Positions 48,470 to 58,002 of a stretch of 64,000 nt of DNA are shown piece by piece. Under the pieces are notes generated by a model that did not search any database, had not been told where the DNA came from, and was given only the letters and a program-made list of their open reading frames with translations. Source of the DNA: Clostridiales bacterium (GTDB lineage Bacteria > Bacillota > Clostridia > Lachnospirales > Lachnospiraceae); assembly GCA_023663185.1 (NCBI GenBank), contig JAMPHY010000001.1, positions 133,287 through 197,286 of the forward strand, given 5' to 3'. The first letter of the stretch is position 1. The number at the start of each line of letters is the position of its first letter. The position numbers were made by a program, and so were the translations under genes.

Positions 48470-50245
48470 TTATTTATCATTAAAAATAAGTTCAATAATC
48501 TTACTTATATATGTTAGGTTAGCAATATCGCCTTCGGGCCATTGACGCGATGTTTCGCTTTTCTTATAGTAAGCAATATACCCTTCATGGTTCTTTAAGC
48601 CCATCTTGTAAATCAATGCCACTTTTACATCATGCTTTGTCAAATAATTATAGGTCTGCGGACACAACTGCTTTATCACATCAACTTTGTCGATTACTGC
48701 CATGCCATGCTCATTATAAAGGTGGGCGAAGTTTTCCTCATTCACGTAATCGACAGATGCTTCGGCAGGAGCATCCTGTCCGGTGGCGCTCCAGTGGTTT
48801 TCCATTGTAAGCTTTTGCACATCGCCATAGAATAAATAAATCTCATCTAAATCAAAAGCGCCGCCAATGTCCCTAAGTATCATACTAAAAGTAATTCCGG
48901 TTTGATGCGTCAGATATTCCAGCATTTTTAGGACAAGCTGCTGTTTGTTCTTTTTTTGTCCGGAATTTACGGGCAGACTTACCGGAGCGTTTTCAGAAAG
49001 CACATCTCCGTGGACAGCTTGTTCATAAATAATATAACGGTTTTTGCCCTTATGTTTAGCGCGATAGAGCATTTTATCAGCAATTCTAAATAAATCGTCA
49101 TAGTTAAGCGCGTCGGTAGGATAAGTTGACACGCCGATAGAACAGGTTACTTTTGGCACGTCTTTACGTTCCTTATATGCCCATTCCACATTGTTTCTGA
49201 CGCTGCGTAAGATCCCACGCAGGTCGGAAAGATAGTTTACGCCCTCCAGAACGATAAATATCTCATCTCCGCCGATTCTGCCTACCAGACCGTTGCCGGC
49301 AACCGTCTCTTTTACGATTTCGGATACGGTGGCAAGAACTTCGTCACCCACCAAATGTCCCAAAGTATCATTAACCTGTTTGAAATTATCAATATCCAAT
49401 ATACAGATATTGATATTATGCTTCGGCTTACGATGTAAAAGATTTTCCGTATACTCGATAATCGTCTTTTTGGTAAGAAGTCCGGTTGTTACGTCTTTAT
49501 CGTAATCGCTGTGCAGGTATTCGCTCCTGACGGAACCGGAATTGTCCAGACATTGAATACAGCCGATAACAATAGGCTCATTATGTGAGTTCAAAATGGT
49601 CCGTCCTTTTATAAAATGAATATCACGTTCAGGATTTATGGATTTATCCAGAAAAAGCAGTTTATGCTCAAAATTCTTGGTTCCGTTGGCAATATTTTCA
49701 TATAAATCATTAAAGTCAGGAATATGTTCCTTTTTTACGAGTTCTTTTCCCAGCATGACCTCGCGGAATTTGCCAAGCGTTCCCCGGAAAGAGAAAATCC
49801 TGTTTAAACGCCCGCCGTTAAAAATCTGAAAATAGTCTCGTTTTTTATCATATAAGAAAAGATATTCTTTCCAAATATCCAGAAATTCGTCGCAAATATG
49901 GTTTTCATCATAGAGAGAGTCAAGATTTTGGGCAAGACTATCTATATCCAAAATTTTGATTTCGATAAAATCTTTTTCCTCGTCTTCAAGAGAAAATTTG
50001 GAAAACTCGGTCAAAACATGGTGATACTGCTTATCTACAGACAGTAAACGAATTACAAGCATGGTGGAGTTATCAAAACCAAGCTGTGTAAGCGCTTTTT
50101 TTAGCGGCTCTAAATCTTCCGGGTGTATGTTTTCAGCAAGAGACGCATAATTTTCAAAACCTATGTATTCATAAAAGGTCTTATCAGCCCTGATAATCTG
50201 CAGCCTTTCATCAATAGTAGCAGTGATATTATATAAATTCGCCAT
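48470..50245 (-). CDS. GGDEF-domain protein (putative diguanylate cyclase) with N- and C-terminal uncharacterised domains
   Basis: ILDIDNFKQVNDTLGHLVGDEVL ... GRIGGDEIFIVLEG. Confidence 0.8.
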   Translation of the reverse strand: MANLYNITATIDERLQIIRADKTFYEYIGFENYASLAENIHPEDLEPLKKALTQLGFDNSTMLVIRLLSVDKQYHHVLTEFSKFSLEDEEKDFIEIKILDIDSLAQNLDSLYDENHICDEFLDIWKEYLFLYDKKRDYFQIFNGGRLNRIFSFRGTLGKFREVMLGKELVKKEHIPDFNDLYENIANGTKNFEHKLLFLDKSINPERDIHFIKGRTILNSHNEPIVIGCIQCLDNSGSVRSEYLHSDYDKDVTTGLLTKKTIIEYTENLLHRKPKHNINICILDIDNFKQVNDTLGHLVGDEVLATVSEIVKETVAGNGLVGRIGGDEIFIVLEGVNYLSDLRGILRSVRNNVEWAYKERKDVPKVTCSIGVSTYPTDALNYDDLFRIADKMLYRAKHKGKNRYIIYEQAVHGDVLSENAPVSLPVNSGQKKNKQQLVLKMLEYLTHQTGITFSMILRDIGGAFDLDEIYLFYGDVQKLTMENHWSATGQDAPAEASVDYVNEENFAHLYNEHGMAVIDKVDVIKQLCPQTYNYLTKHDVKVALIYKMGLKNHEGYIAYYKKSETSRQWPEGDIANLTYISKIIELIFNDK

Positions 50246-50411
50246 TTGTCATACCTTCCTTCAATATGAGCCACATCATGAGATGAATATTAATATATAT
50301 AATTCCTATTATATTTATTGTACGTTATTTTGGAAATTAAAACAATATTTTTTCCAAACTTGCGGCAATTTTTTCTTTATAAAAAGAGCGTAAGAGCAAA
50401 CCGCATGTATT

Positions 50412-50846
50412 TTACTCTGTCCAGTGCTCAAGCTCATCAACCGAATAGGCGCTTGTCCAGTGATAAGGCTGTAATTCCTTTAATTCTACAAATTTAATTT
50501 CATTATCTGTGGTTGTTACCGCGACCTGCACATCTTCACCCCAATAGCGCAGTCTTTCCTGACAAATTCCGCAAGGCGACAACACCCTGTATGGAGAGTC
50601 CTCATCATCTCGGACAAGGCACATACAATGCGTCACTTTTTCATTGTATTTGTGGGCTTCAAGCATGGCTCCAAGCTCAATGCACACGACTGCGGACGCA
50701 TTGGCAGTCTCAATGGAGACGCTTGTATAGTAATTCCCTTTGGAAGTGTGGACGACTCCTGCACCGCCCCAGCCGACAGGATACCTTGTTTCTATCAGCG
50801 TGGCAGCTCTTTTATACATTTCGTTTTCTATTTCGTGATATCTCAT
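50412..50846 (-). CDS. cytidine/blasticidin-S deaminase-like zinc enzyme
   Basis: VCIELGA (C-x-E) and SPCGICQERL (PCxxC) zinc and catalytic motifs. Confidence 0.7.
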   Translation of the reverse strand: MRYHEIENEMYKRAATLIETRYPVGWGGAGVVHTSKGNYYTSVSIETANASAVVCIELGAMLEAHKYNEKVTHCMCLVRDDEDSPYRVLSPCGICQERLRYWGEDVQVAVTTTDNEIKFVELKELQPYHWTSAYSVDELEHWTE

Positions 50847-50887
50847 AAAACCTCCATTGCAGACCTATTTGGTATCGTGTGACGGCT

Positions 50888-51418
50888 TCACTCATCTTTT
50901 AGATAATCCCAGAGCAGAATATCCGGCTCATCATCTACGCCGTGCATATAACAACCGTCTGTATAGCTGTCATTATACCGCTCCCATATCTGTAACGAAT
51001 ACCAGCCCAGCTTGCTTTCATCTTCATCAGATTTTTTATAATAAATAATGCGCATGCGATATATTTTATCGTCTATAACAAAGTCATAAGACGGCGTCAG
51101 GATATTTGTTATTTTTCCGTGGTTCGACCAACGTTGAAATGTATCGCTTAATTCATAATCCTCATTCCAACCCGGAAATTCGTCTATGAAACGGTCTATT
51201 TTTTCATCAAAATTATCGATTTTACTTACGGCGTAAGGAGAAAACATATCTTTAATTGCATCGGCGTCTTTTCTGTCTATGGCGTCAATCAGAAAGGCAA
51301 TCGTGTCCTGCGCGTCTGCATAGACAGGGTTGACCGTCCTTTTTTCAGAAGCGCCGCAACCCGTTATTCCTAAAATCATCATAATACATATTAAAATGGC
51401 TGATATCTTTTTCTTCAT
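50888..51418 (-). CDS. hypothetical lipoprotein
   Basis: MKKKISAILICIMMILGITG-C lipobox; start moved to 51418. Confidence 0.6.
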   Translation of the reverse strand: MKKKISAILICIMMILGITGCGASEKRTVNPVYADAQDTIAFLIDAIDRKDADAIKDMFSPYAVSKIDNFDEKIDRFIDEFPGWNEDYELSDTFQRWSNHGKITNILTPSYDFVIDDKIYRMRIIYYKKSDEDESKLGWYSLQIWERYNDSYTDGCYMHGVDDEPDILLWDYLKDE

Positions 51419-51548
51419 AGGTATTTTTCCTTTCAAAATCAAATGCCGCTCCGCGTCGCTTGATTTTCCTTTGCGGTTATTATATCATATATTTATAAGG
51501 AAGCGTATAATTTTTAAGCAGAATAGCTAAAATGTGAGGTGGATAAAA

Positions 51549-51953
51549 ATGTATCGTCATATTGTGCAGTATTATGAAACGAATAAAATGGGGATTACGC
51601 ATCATTCAAATTATATTCGCTGGCTGGAGGAAGCCAGAATTGATTTTCTTTCACAAATCGGCTGGAGTTATGCCAAACTGGAAGAAGAGGGGATTATTTC
51701 TCCGGTAGTGTCAGTCGAATGTAAATATATGAAAACGACAACGTTTATGGATGCTGTTGACATAGAGGTGAGCGTCAGGGAGTTTAAGGGCGTGAAATTA
51801 AAGCTTAAATATATTATGAAAAATAGCAAAGGCGATACAGTGTGCGAGGCGGGTTCAGAGCATTGTTTTCTTAATGAAAAGGGGATTCCGATAAAACTGC
51901 ATAAAGAATATCCGCTTTTTTATAATGCGCTGATAGAATGTTGTTCAGAATGA
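51549..51953 (+). CDS. hotdog-fold acyl-CoA thioesterase (YbgC/4HBT-like)
   Basis: VQYYETNKMGITHHSNYIRWLEEARIDFL typical 4HBT N-terminus. Confidence 0.75.
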   Translation: MYRHIVQYYETNKMGITHHSNYIRWLEEARIDFLSQIGWSYAKLEEEGIISPVVSVECKYMKTTTFMDAVDIEVSVREFKGVKLKLKYIMKNSKGDTVCEAGSEHCFLNEKGIPIKLHKEYPLFYNALIECCSE

Positions 51954-51992
51954 TATGTAAGGACAAAAAATGTGCAATGCACAAACAACATA

Positions 51993-52021
51993 TTGACATG
52001 GCAAATTGCTAATAATATAAT
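51993..52021 (+). promoter_or_regulatory. consensus promoter of the second dinJ locus
   Basis: TTGACA-17-TATAAT exact; the 13-bp palindrome TGTGCAATGCACA lies at 51971-51983 just upstream. Confidence 0.6.
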
Positions 52022-52046
52022 ATAGTAGAAGAAGGGAGCGGATTTT

Positions 52047-52322
52047 ATGGCAACAACTAATATAACGATGCGAATGGATACAGGGGTAAAAGCTCAGTTG
52101 CAGGAGTTAATGTCTGAACTTGGGTTAGATATGACAACCTTTTTTACTATGGCGGCAAAACAGGCAATCAGAGAGCAAAGAATACCATTTGAGATTTCAA
52201 GAGATGTTCCTAATGCGGAGACAATTGCGGCTATAGAAGAGGTTAAAATGATGAAACAGAATCATTCTATTGGTAAATCTTATACGGATATTGATAAAAT
52301 GATGGAGGAATTATTGCTATGA
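52047..52322 (+). CDS. dinJ: type II antitoxin, RelB/DinJ family
   Basis: MATTNITMRMDTGVKAQLQEL...MTTFFTMAAKQAIREQRIPFE. Confidence 0.8.
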   Translation: MATTNITMRMDTGVKAQLQELMSELGLDMTTFFTMAAKQAIREQRIPFEISRDVPNAETIAAIEEVKMMKQNHSIGKSYTDIDKMMEELLL

Positions 52323-52434
52323 TTTATACCGTAAAAAACTGGCAAATGGCGAACAATTACCAGAGAAGAATAAAGACCATTCTCTCAGTGGCGATTACAT
52401 TGGATGCAGGGAGTGTCATATTACACCAGATTGA
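52319..52434 (+). pseudogene. decayed yafQ-family toxin remnant
   Basis: Begins MIYTVK, then in the +1 frame reads KLANGEQLPEKNKDHSLSGDYIGCRECHITPD* (stop 52432-34). The N-terminal FKKDY block and the C-terminal WLLIY..THSDLF half are missing. Confidence 0.6.
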
Positions 52435-52893
52435 TTATACAACATCAATCCAAATGCCAATATCCCTCATTTCAGAGTTGGAAACACTCTTATAAAAGCG
52501 CTGTGCTTCTTCGTTGGCGGCGGTCAAGGCAACCAGTGTGTTAATATGCCTGTCTTTTAGAATTTTCAGTAAAGCTTCTAACAATCGTTGCGCTACCCCT
52601 TGGTGTCTACTGCTTTTTATAACGCAAATCCAATCAAGATATGCCTTTTTTGAACCGTCAAAGCGGCTTGCAATAAGTGAGGCATCAATCCGACCAATAA
52701 CCGCACTATCATTATATGCCAGCAGAGAAACAGAGTCGTCGAAACTCTTGTCTTCAAAGCTCTTTTCTACAGCATTAATATAGGCGTGATTGATTTCCCA
52801 GCCCCAGAAATTTTCCTCTTCGCGTAATCTTCTCTCAAAATCCAAGACGTCAGGTATTTTATCCTTTGTATAAGTTTGAATTTCTAACTTCAT
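52435..52893 (-). CDS. GNAT-family N-acetyltransferase
   Basis: ICVIKSSRHQGVAQRLLEAL acetyl-CoA-binding (Q/RxxGxA) motif. Confidence 0.8.
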   Translation of the reverse strand: MKLEIQTYTKDKIPDVLDFERRLREEENFWGWEINHAYINAVEKSFEDKSFDDSVSLLAYNDSAVIGRIDASLIASRFDGSKKAYLDWICVIKSSRHQGVAQRLLEALLKILKDRHINTLVALTAANEEAQRFYKSVSNSEMRDIGIWIDVV

Positions 52894-52919
52894 ATGGCGC
52901 GTCTCCGTAACTTCTAAAT

Positions 52920-53621
52920 TTATTTCAGTAACTCAAGCTCAATTTGTTCTTTTACCAATTTGCCATTATTAAATCTCAAGATGTACGCATTTGATGATTT
53001 ATTACATTTAATATAACTTATTTTACCATTTATCTCTACAAACGCCGTATCCGATTCCATCGCCAATCCCGACAGCTCTTTTTCCCTTAGCATTTCGTCA
53101 AAGCTTGCTTTGCGCTGTTCATAGTGTGGACAATATACATATTGATAAATGTTTAATAGATTGTTTATCCAACCATAGCCTATTTTGCCATCACTCCAAA
53201 AGATTTCACTATCACTATGTCCGCAATTAAACCAACATATTGCACCGGCGCTTATTCCCGCTAAAACAGCCGTATTTTTTAAATATATTTCTTTCAACTT
53301 CTTATCAAGTCCATACTTTCGCCAGACTTCCATCATAAAAAACGTATCGCCGCCGCCGACATAAATAATATCAGCCCAAGCCAAAAGTTCATCTACTTCA
53401 TTCTGCGTATATTCTTTTGTGACTAAGCACAATTCCCCTACATTACAATTCAACGGCTCAAATGTTCTCTTAATATTGTCAATATACTCTTGTGCATCTT
53501 TACTTGCCGTCCCGATAAATAAAAAATTATGCAGCTTTTTTTCGTTCATATTCACAATATATTTATTAATAGCATAAGTTGACTCTAAATCGCCGCCTGC
53601 TATTGCAACAATTCTTCCCAT
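52920..53621 (-). CDS. peptidase S51 (dipeptidase E-like)
   Basis: YVGGGDTF, AGISAGAICW (Ser nucleophile region), CPHY. Confidence 0.7.
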   Translation of the reverse strand: MGRIVAIAGGDLESTYAINKYIVNMNEKKLHNFLFIGTASKDAQEYIDNIKRTFEPLNCNVGELCLVTKEYTQNEVDELLAWADIIYVGGGDTFFMMEVWRKYGLDKKLKEIYLKNTAVLAGISAGAICWFNCGHSDSEIFWSDGKIGYGWINNLLNIYQYVYCPHYEQRKASFDEMLREKELSGLAMESDTAFVEINGKISYIKCNKSSNAYILRFNNGKLVKEQIELELLK

Positions 53622-53819
53622 AGCAATACCTCGCCAATGCTGAGTTGTTATACTTCATTATTTTATATGGTATAGAATAATTTTGCAACATAAAGCAGCT
53701 TTTATTTTATCCTGTTTTTGTTGTAATAATAATTTGAAGTGTATATAATATTATGTGAGGACAGAAATGTTCTTGTTGGTGTTTCTCCACCAAAGGCGAT
53801 GAAGTGAGAAACGATAACG

Positions 53820-53855
53820 GGGGCTGTCGCACTAAGTACTTAGTGCGACAGCCCC
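53820..53855. repeat. perfect 36-bp palindrome just 3' of tRNA-Leu(AAG)
   Basis: GGGGCTGTCGCACTAAGT|ACTTAGTGCGACAGCCCC, no mismatch and no loop. Confidence 0.85.
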
Positions 53856-53869
53856 ATACTTTAATCAAC

Positions 53870-53953
53870 TGCGGAAGATGGGACTTGAACCCACACGGTG
53901 TAACCACCACAAGATCCTTAGTCTTGCTCGTCTGCCAGTTCCGACACTTCCGC
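53870..53953 (-). tRNA. tRNA-Leu, anticodon AAG (type II, long variable arm, no encoded CCA)
   Basis: Reverse complement is GCGGAAG-TG-TCG-GAACTGGCAGA-CGA-G-CAAGA-CTAAGGA-TCTTG-TGGTGGTTACACCGT-GTGGG-TTCAAGT-CCCAT-CTTCCGC-A. Confidence 0.8.
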
Positions 53954-54042
53954 TTACGTTTACAACGCAAGTAATATCTTACTATTTCATTATCAAAAAG
54001 TCAATACATTTTTTGAGTTTTTTTAAAACTGTAGTAAGCTGC

Positions 54043-54072
54043 TTTACAATTCTTTTAAAAAAATGGTATAAT
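54043..54072 (+). promoter_or_regulatory. putative promoter of the GTPase operon
   Basis: TTTACA (54043-48), 18-bp spacer, TGgTATAAT (54064-72). Confidence 0.45.
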
Positions 54073-54110
54073 TAAAAATACTATTATACAGTATTATAAG
54101 GGAGATTATA

Positions 54111-55334
54111 ATGTTTTGGAAGAAAAGACACAAAAGCATTAATAAATATACCATAGAGGATATTGATATTTTAGTTTTGGGTAATAGAGGTTCGGGTAAG
54201 ACCAGTCTGCTGGCTACTACGCTTTATAATATGAATGAATCATTGCAGACAAACGGCGTAGTTTTTGAACCGGCAGACGAGGAAACTGATAAGCGGTTAA
54301 AAAATTCTATATCTGAAATAGAGAATATGTTTACTTCGAAAGGCAGCGTTGAGGTCGGAGAGGGAATTGCGGGCACAGATGGTTTTATTGATTACAGTTT
54401 TCGAATGACATTTACAGATGAATTATGGAATACGGAATCTGATTTTAATATTGTATTTCATGATTATGCAGGTAGTGTACTAGCAAATGGTGATAGGGAT
54501 AAACAGTATGAAGAATTAAAAAAGTGGTTTTTGAAATCAAGAATTGTCTATATTCTCATTGATACACCATACCTCATGGAATCAACAAGAAAGACTATTG
54601 CAGAATATAGTGCTAAAGATGAAATTTTGACACTGCTTCAAAGGACAGGCACTGATAGTACCGATAAAATGATAGCTATTGTTCCAACAAAGTGCGAGTA
54701 TTATTTGCGTAATTCCAGGACTACAGATATAATAGATCATATAAGGTCAGAATTTAAGGAGATTTTATCTTATGCGGGACAGTTAAATAAAACTGAGTGT
54801 AGGGAAAAATATAAATTATATATTACGCCTGTACAGACTGTTGGGGGATTGGAATTTAGTAAAATGGAGATTAAAGAAGGTAGGCAAATTGCTTCATTCA
54901 GGCGAACGAAACCAAATTCTCAGTTTAAACCTGTAAATACGGATTTATTGCTTTTGTTCTGTATGGATTATTTGTTTGACTGTTTTTTTAAACAGTTGGC
55001 AGTACAGGTTAAACCTAAAAATAGGAAGGCAGTTATGGGATTAATGTCAGAGCTGGATGAGGAAAATGTTCTCGGTAGCTATATGGAAAAGCATGAGAAT
55101 TATATTTCAGCAAAGAAAAATAAGGATGAAGCAGAACAAGAAGCAAGGGAAATATTTAAGGATGCGCTTTATAGCTTCTTTTCAGAATATGATAGAAGGG
55201 AATCAAAAATAGAGAAAATTTGTAAGGTATATGAGGATATACAAAATTGTTATATTGTATATAGTAGTAAAAAGAAACTGGAGAAAAATTGGGAAAAACG
55301 GTTTCGACAGCAGTTTACCCGGTTATATTTATAA
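54111..55334 (+). CDS. divergent P-loop (TRAFAC-type) GTPase with K/E-rich helical C-terminus
   Basis: AAGGGAG RBS; G1 GNRGSGKTS (aa 24-32); G3 DYAG (118-121); G4-like TKCE (193-196). Confidence 0.6.
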   Translation: MFWKKRHKSINKYTIEDIDILVLGNRGSGKTSLLATTLYNMNESLQTNGVVFEPADEETDKRLKNSISEIENMFTSKGSVEVGEGIAGTDGFIDYSFRMTFTDELWNTESDFNIVFHDYAGSVLANGDRDKQYEELKKWFLKSRIVYILIDTPYLMESTRKTIAEYSAKDEILTLLQRTGTDSTDKMIAIVPTKCEYYLRNSRTTDIIDHIRSEFKEILSYAGQLNKTECREKYKLYITPVQTVGGLEFSKMEIKEGRQIASFRRTKPNSQFKPVNTDLLLLFCMDYLFDCFFKQLAVQVKPKNRKAVMGLMSELDEENVLGSYMEKHENYISAKKNKDEAEQEAREIFKDALYSFFSEYDRRESKIEKICKVYEDIQNCYIVYSSKKKLEKNWEKRFRQQFTRLYL

Positions 55335-55350
55335 TTTTTTGGAGGTCTAG

Positions 55351-56094
55351 ATGCAGATATATATTAAAAGTGCGGGATTTTCTGTGAATCAGGATTATTC
55401 ATGGATAGATCAGAGTGGGAAGAATGTAGATATAGATTTATCGATATTATGTTATAATGTTGATGACGTTAAATTTGTTTGGAAAGGTACAGGAGAGGCA
55501 ATCTATATATTTGGAAATGCTTTTACGGATAAGAGCAGGACAGATTTGTATAACAGACCGTTAAGAAACTACATATTGTTGGTAGGACAGATTGATGATG
55601 CGGTGGCTATGTCTGAGCGTTTTGAAAAGATGCTGCTGGATCAGAAAAATTTTGAAGAATTGTTAAATAGCAGTATAAGAAATGAGAGCGGCGACTCAAC
55701 AGTAGGTTTTTCTGTTGACTTTCAGAGAATAAGAATATATTTGGATTCCAGTTTGCCTAATAATAGAGAGGCACGTAAGCTAAAACGCCGTTTATATGAG
55801 AAAGATTCTTATGAGGCAAGGCAGAGATTGCTGGATGAACTTTGGAATATACGACAGAAACCTATTACTTTGTTGGTTGGTGGTGAATTGTCTGACAGTC
55901 GTATGCAGACAATTGCTCCGGATAGAGCATTATTAGATTATATTGAGGATACTAGATATGCAGAAACCAAGAGGTCAAGAGTAGTAGAATCTTATACATC
56001 ACGTATGGATATAATAACTGTGGCGACAGCTATTGGAGCAGTTGCAATGACAGCTTTGGTTTTAGCTATGGTTTTACCCAAAAAACAAGACTGA
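55351..56094 (+). CDS. tail-anchored membrane protein, unknown family
   Basis: GGAGG RBS; single C-terminal TM helix IITVATAIGAVAMTALVLAMVLP then KKQD*. Confidence 0.55.
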   Translation: MQIYIKSAGFSVNQDYSWIDQSGKNVDIDLSILCYNVDDVKFVWKGTGEAIYIFGNAFTDKSRTDLYNRPLRNYILLVGQIDDAVAMSERFEKMLLDQKNFEELLNSSIRNESGDSTVGFSVDFQRIRIYLDSSLPNNREARKLKRRLYEKDSYEARQRLLDELWNIRQKPITLLVGGELSDSRMQTIAPDRALLDYIEDTRYAETKRSRVVESYTSRMDIITVATAIGAVAMTALVLAMVLPKKQD

Positions 56095-56115
56095 TAGTGA
56101 ATTTGGAGGCGGCAA

Positions 56116-58002
56116 ATGATAAATGATGTAGATGCAATACGGAAAGAATTGGAAAATCTGGTAGATTTTTATGAAAATAAAAACTTACAGTCCTTAACAT
56201 ATAATAAATGTTTTAAAAAAACGGTTGATATGCTGGACAGAGCTAAAAGAGAATTTGATTCGAGCCTGTTCTTCATTTTGATGTTTGGACCTTTAAAGGC
56301 AGGAAAATCTACATTGACCAATTTGCTTGCGAGAGAATATGTAAGTCCTACTGGTTTTGGGATTGAAACAACACTCAGACCGTCTATTATTATGAAAAGT
56401 TGTACAAAAGAATACGTGATTGATGTGTATGAAATAGTAGATGCAAAAGATGATAAAGAAGAGCTGTTTAATTTGGTAATGGATGTTCTACGTGGTATTT
56501 TGGATTTTCAGGCTATAAGGTCAAGAATACGTAAAGTGACTATTCCACTGACACAGCCAAACGTAGAAGCTCGGTTGATTCGATATTTGGACTGCGAACC
56601 GTTGGTTACGGTTCTGAACGTACCTGGTGGAGATTTGATAACAGAGCATATTGCTTTAATAGATATGCCTGGGTTGGATGGAATTAAATCTAACTGGGAA
56701 GATTCTGTTGTACATAAATGGATTTTAAAAAGAGCGGACTTTTTGATTTTTATCCAAAGTTCGATGGCTGCATTAAATAAGGCCACTTTTGAATTTTTGC
56801 AAGATGCTTATTTGGGAAGTCGAAAACCACCATTATGGTTAGTACAAAACATTATTGATGCAAAATATTGGCGTAGTGATGAGGACAGACGTTCTGACAA
56901 TGATACACAGCGTAGGAGCGCAAAAGAACATATATCCAGTTTGCTGGGGATTTCAGAAGATTTGCGGAGTACGGCTATCAATCTTGGAAAAGCCTCTGAT
57001 GGAATGAGTACCGATAATTTTAATTATTTGTTGAAAGAGTCAGGGTTTATTGAATTTGAAAATAACTTGAAGGATATATTAAATGAGAGCCGTATTCGTA
57101 TCCAGCAGGAGAATAGCGTAAAAGGGGTATTGAATGCTATTCATAATTGTAATTATGAGTTTGAAGATTATAGGAAAGAATTGGGAAACATCTTTGTAGA
57201 GTATGATGAACGGATAAAAAAACTTGCAGAGCCACAAAATATTCTTGATGTTATGTGTAAGATTATTAGACCTGAAGCGATTAAATTGCAGTTAGAAAAC
57301 ATACTTAGAGAATATGTGGAAGAATGGAAGAAACAATGCTATCATTATTTGGACAAGGACATACTATCCAGAGGTTTAAGTAATAATATAACTAAGGAAG
57401 AACTACAGAGAAAGATTGATAATATAGTAGATGATATCAATACTTCACGTAAGGAGGATTATTTAGAGAATTCTTATAAATTCAAGCAAGAGATTAATGG
57501 AATTGCAAAACAATATATATGCGATTTACAGAGCGATAGTTTTATAAGATTAAATGATTCTTTGACTGAGATAGGTATAAAACCTTTTGATAGTGAATTT
57601 TGCTTTGAACCACAGTTGGAAGTGCCACAATTTAGTATTACATCTCATGTCTCCAATATTATAAAAAAGATAACTGGATTTAATATAAAATTTGTTGGGA
57701 AAAGGGAAGAAAAGATAGACAAAAATATTTTTGAATTGTGCAAGGTGCTTAGAAGTGAATATGAAGAATATGCTGATAAGCTTCTTAAGAAAATGACTTC
57801 TGAAATATCAGGAGAATTTGATGTTTGGATACAGCATTCTTATAGGGAGGTATTGTGGGAGTATCTGAATGAACAGACAGAGTATAAGAAACAGGAAATT
57901 TTGCAAGAAAAAGATAGGATTGAAGACACGTTGGCATATATTGAACAGTTGGAAAAAATGTGTGCTAATCTGGAACAATTTATAAAAAAGAATAGTATAT
58001 AA
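56116..58002 (+). CDS. bacterial dynamin-like GTPase
   Basis: GGAGG RBS; G1 GPLKAGKST (58-66); G2-like ETTLRPS; G3 DMPG (183-186); about 400-aa helical stalk-like C-terminus; canonical N/TKxD not evident (NIID). Confidence 0.6.
   Translation: MINDVDAIRKELENLVDFYENKNLQSLTYNKCFKKTVDMLDRAKREFDSSLFFILMFGPLKAGKSTLTNLLAREYVSPTGFGIETTLRPSIIMKSCTKEYVIDVYEIVDAKDDKEELFNLVMDVLRGILDFQAIRSRIRKVTIPLTQPNVEARLIRYLDCEPLVTVLNVPGGDLITEHIALIDMPGLDGIKSNWEDSVVHKWILKRADFLIFIQSSMAALNKATFEFLQDAYLGSRKPPLWLVQNIIDAKYWRSDEDRRSDNDTQRRSAKEHISSLLGISEDLRSTAINLGKASDGMSTDNFNYLLKESGFIEFENNLKDILNESRIRIQQENSVKGVLNAIHNCNYEFEDYRKELGNIFVEYDERIKKLAEPQNILDVMCKIIRPEAIKLQLENILREYVEEWKKQCYHYLDKDILSRGLSNNITKEELQRKIDNIVDDINTSRKEDYLENSYKFKQEINGIAKQYICDLQSDSFIRLNDSLTEIGIKPFDSEFCFEPQLEVPQFSITSHVSNIIKKITGFNIKFVGKREEKIDKNIFELCKVLRSEYEEYADKLLKKMTSEISGEFDVWIQHSYREVLWEYLNEQTEYKKQEILQEKDRIEDTLAYIEQLEKMCANLEQFIKKNSI

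Noticed and set aside
53707-53970. 87-aa minus-strand ORF (and the 65-aa + strand ORF at 53878-54075)
   Set aside because: Both overlap the tRNA-Leu(AAG) gene and the 36-bp palindrome. The tRNA fold explains the sequence.
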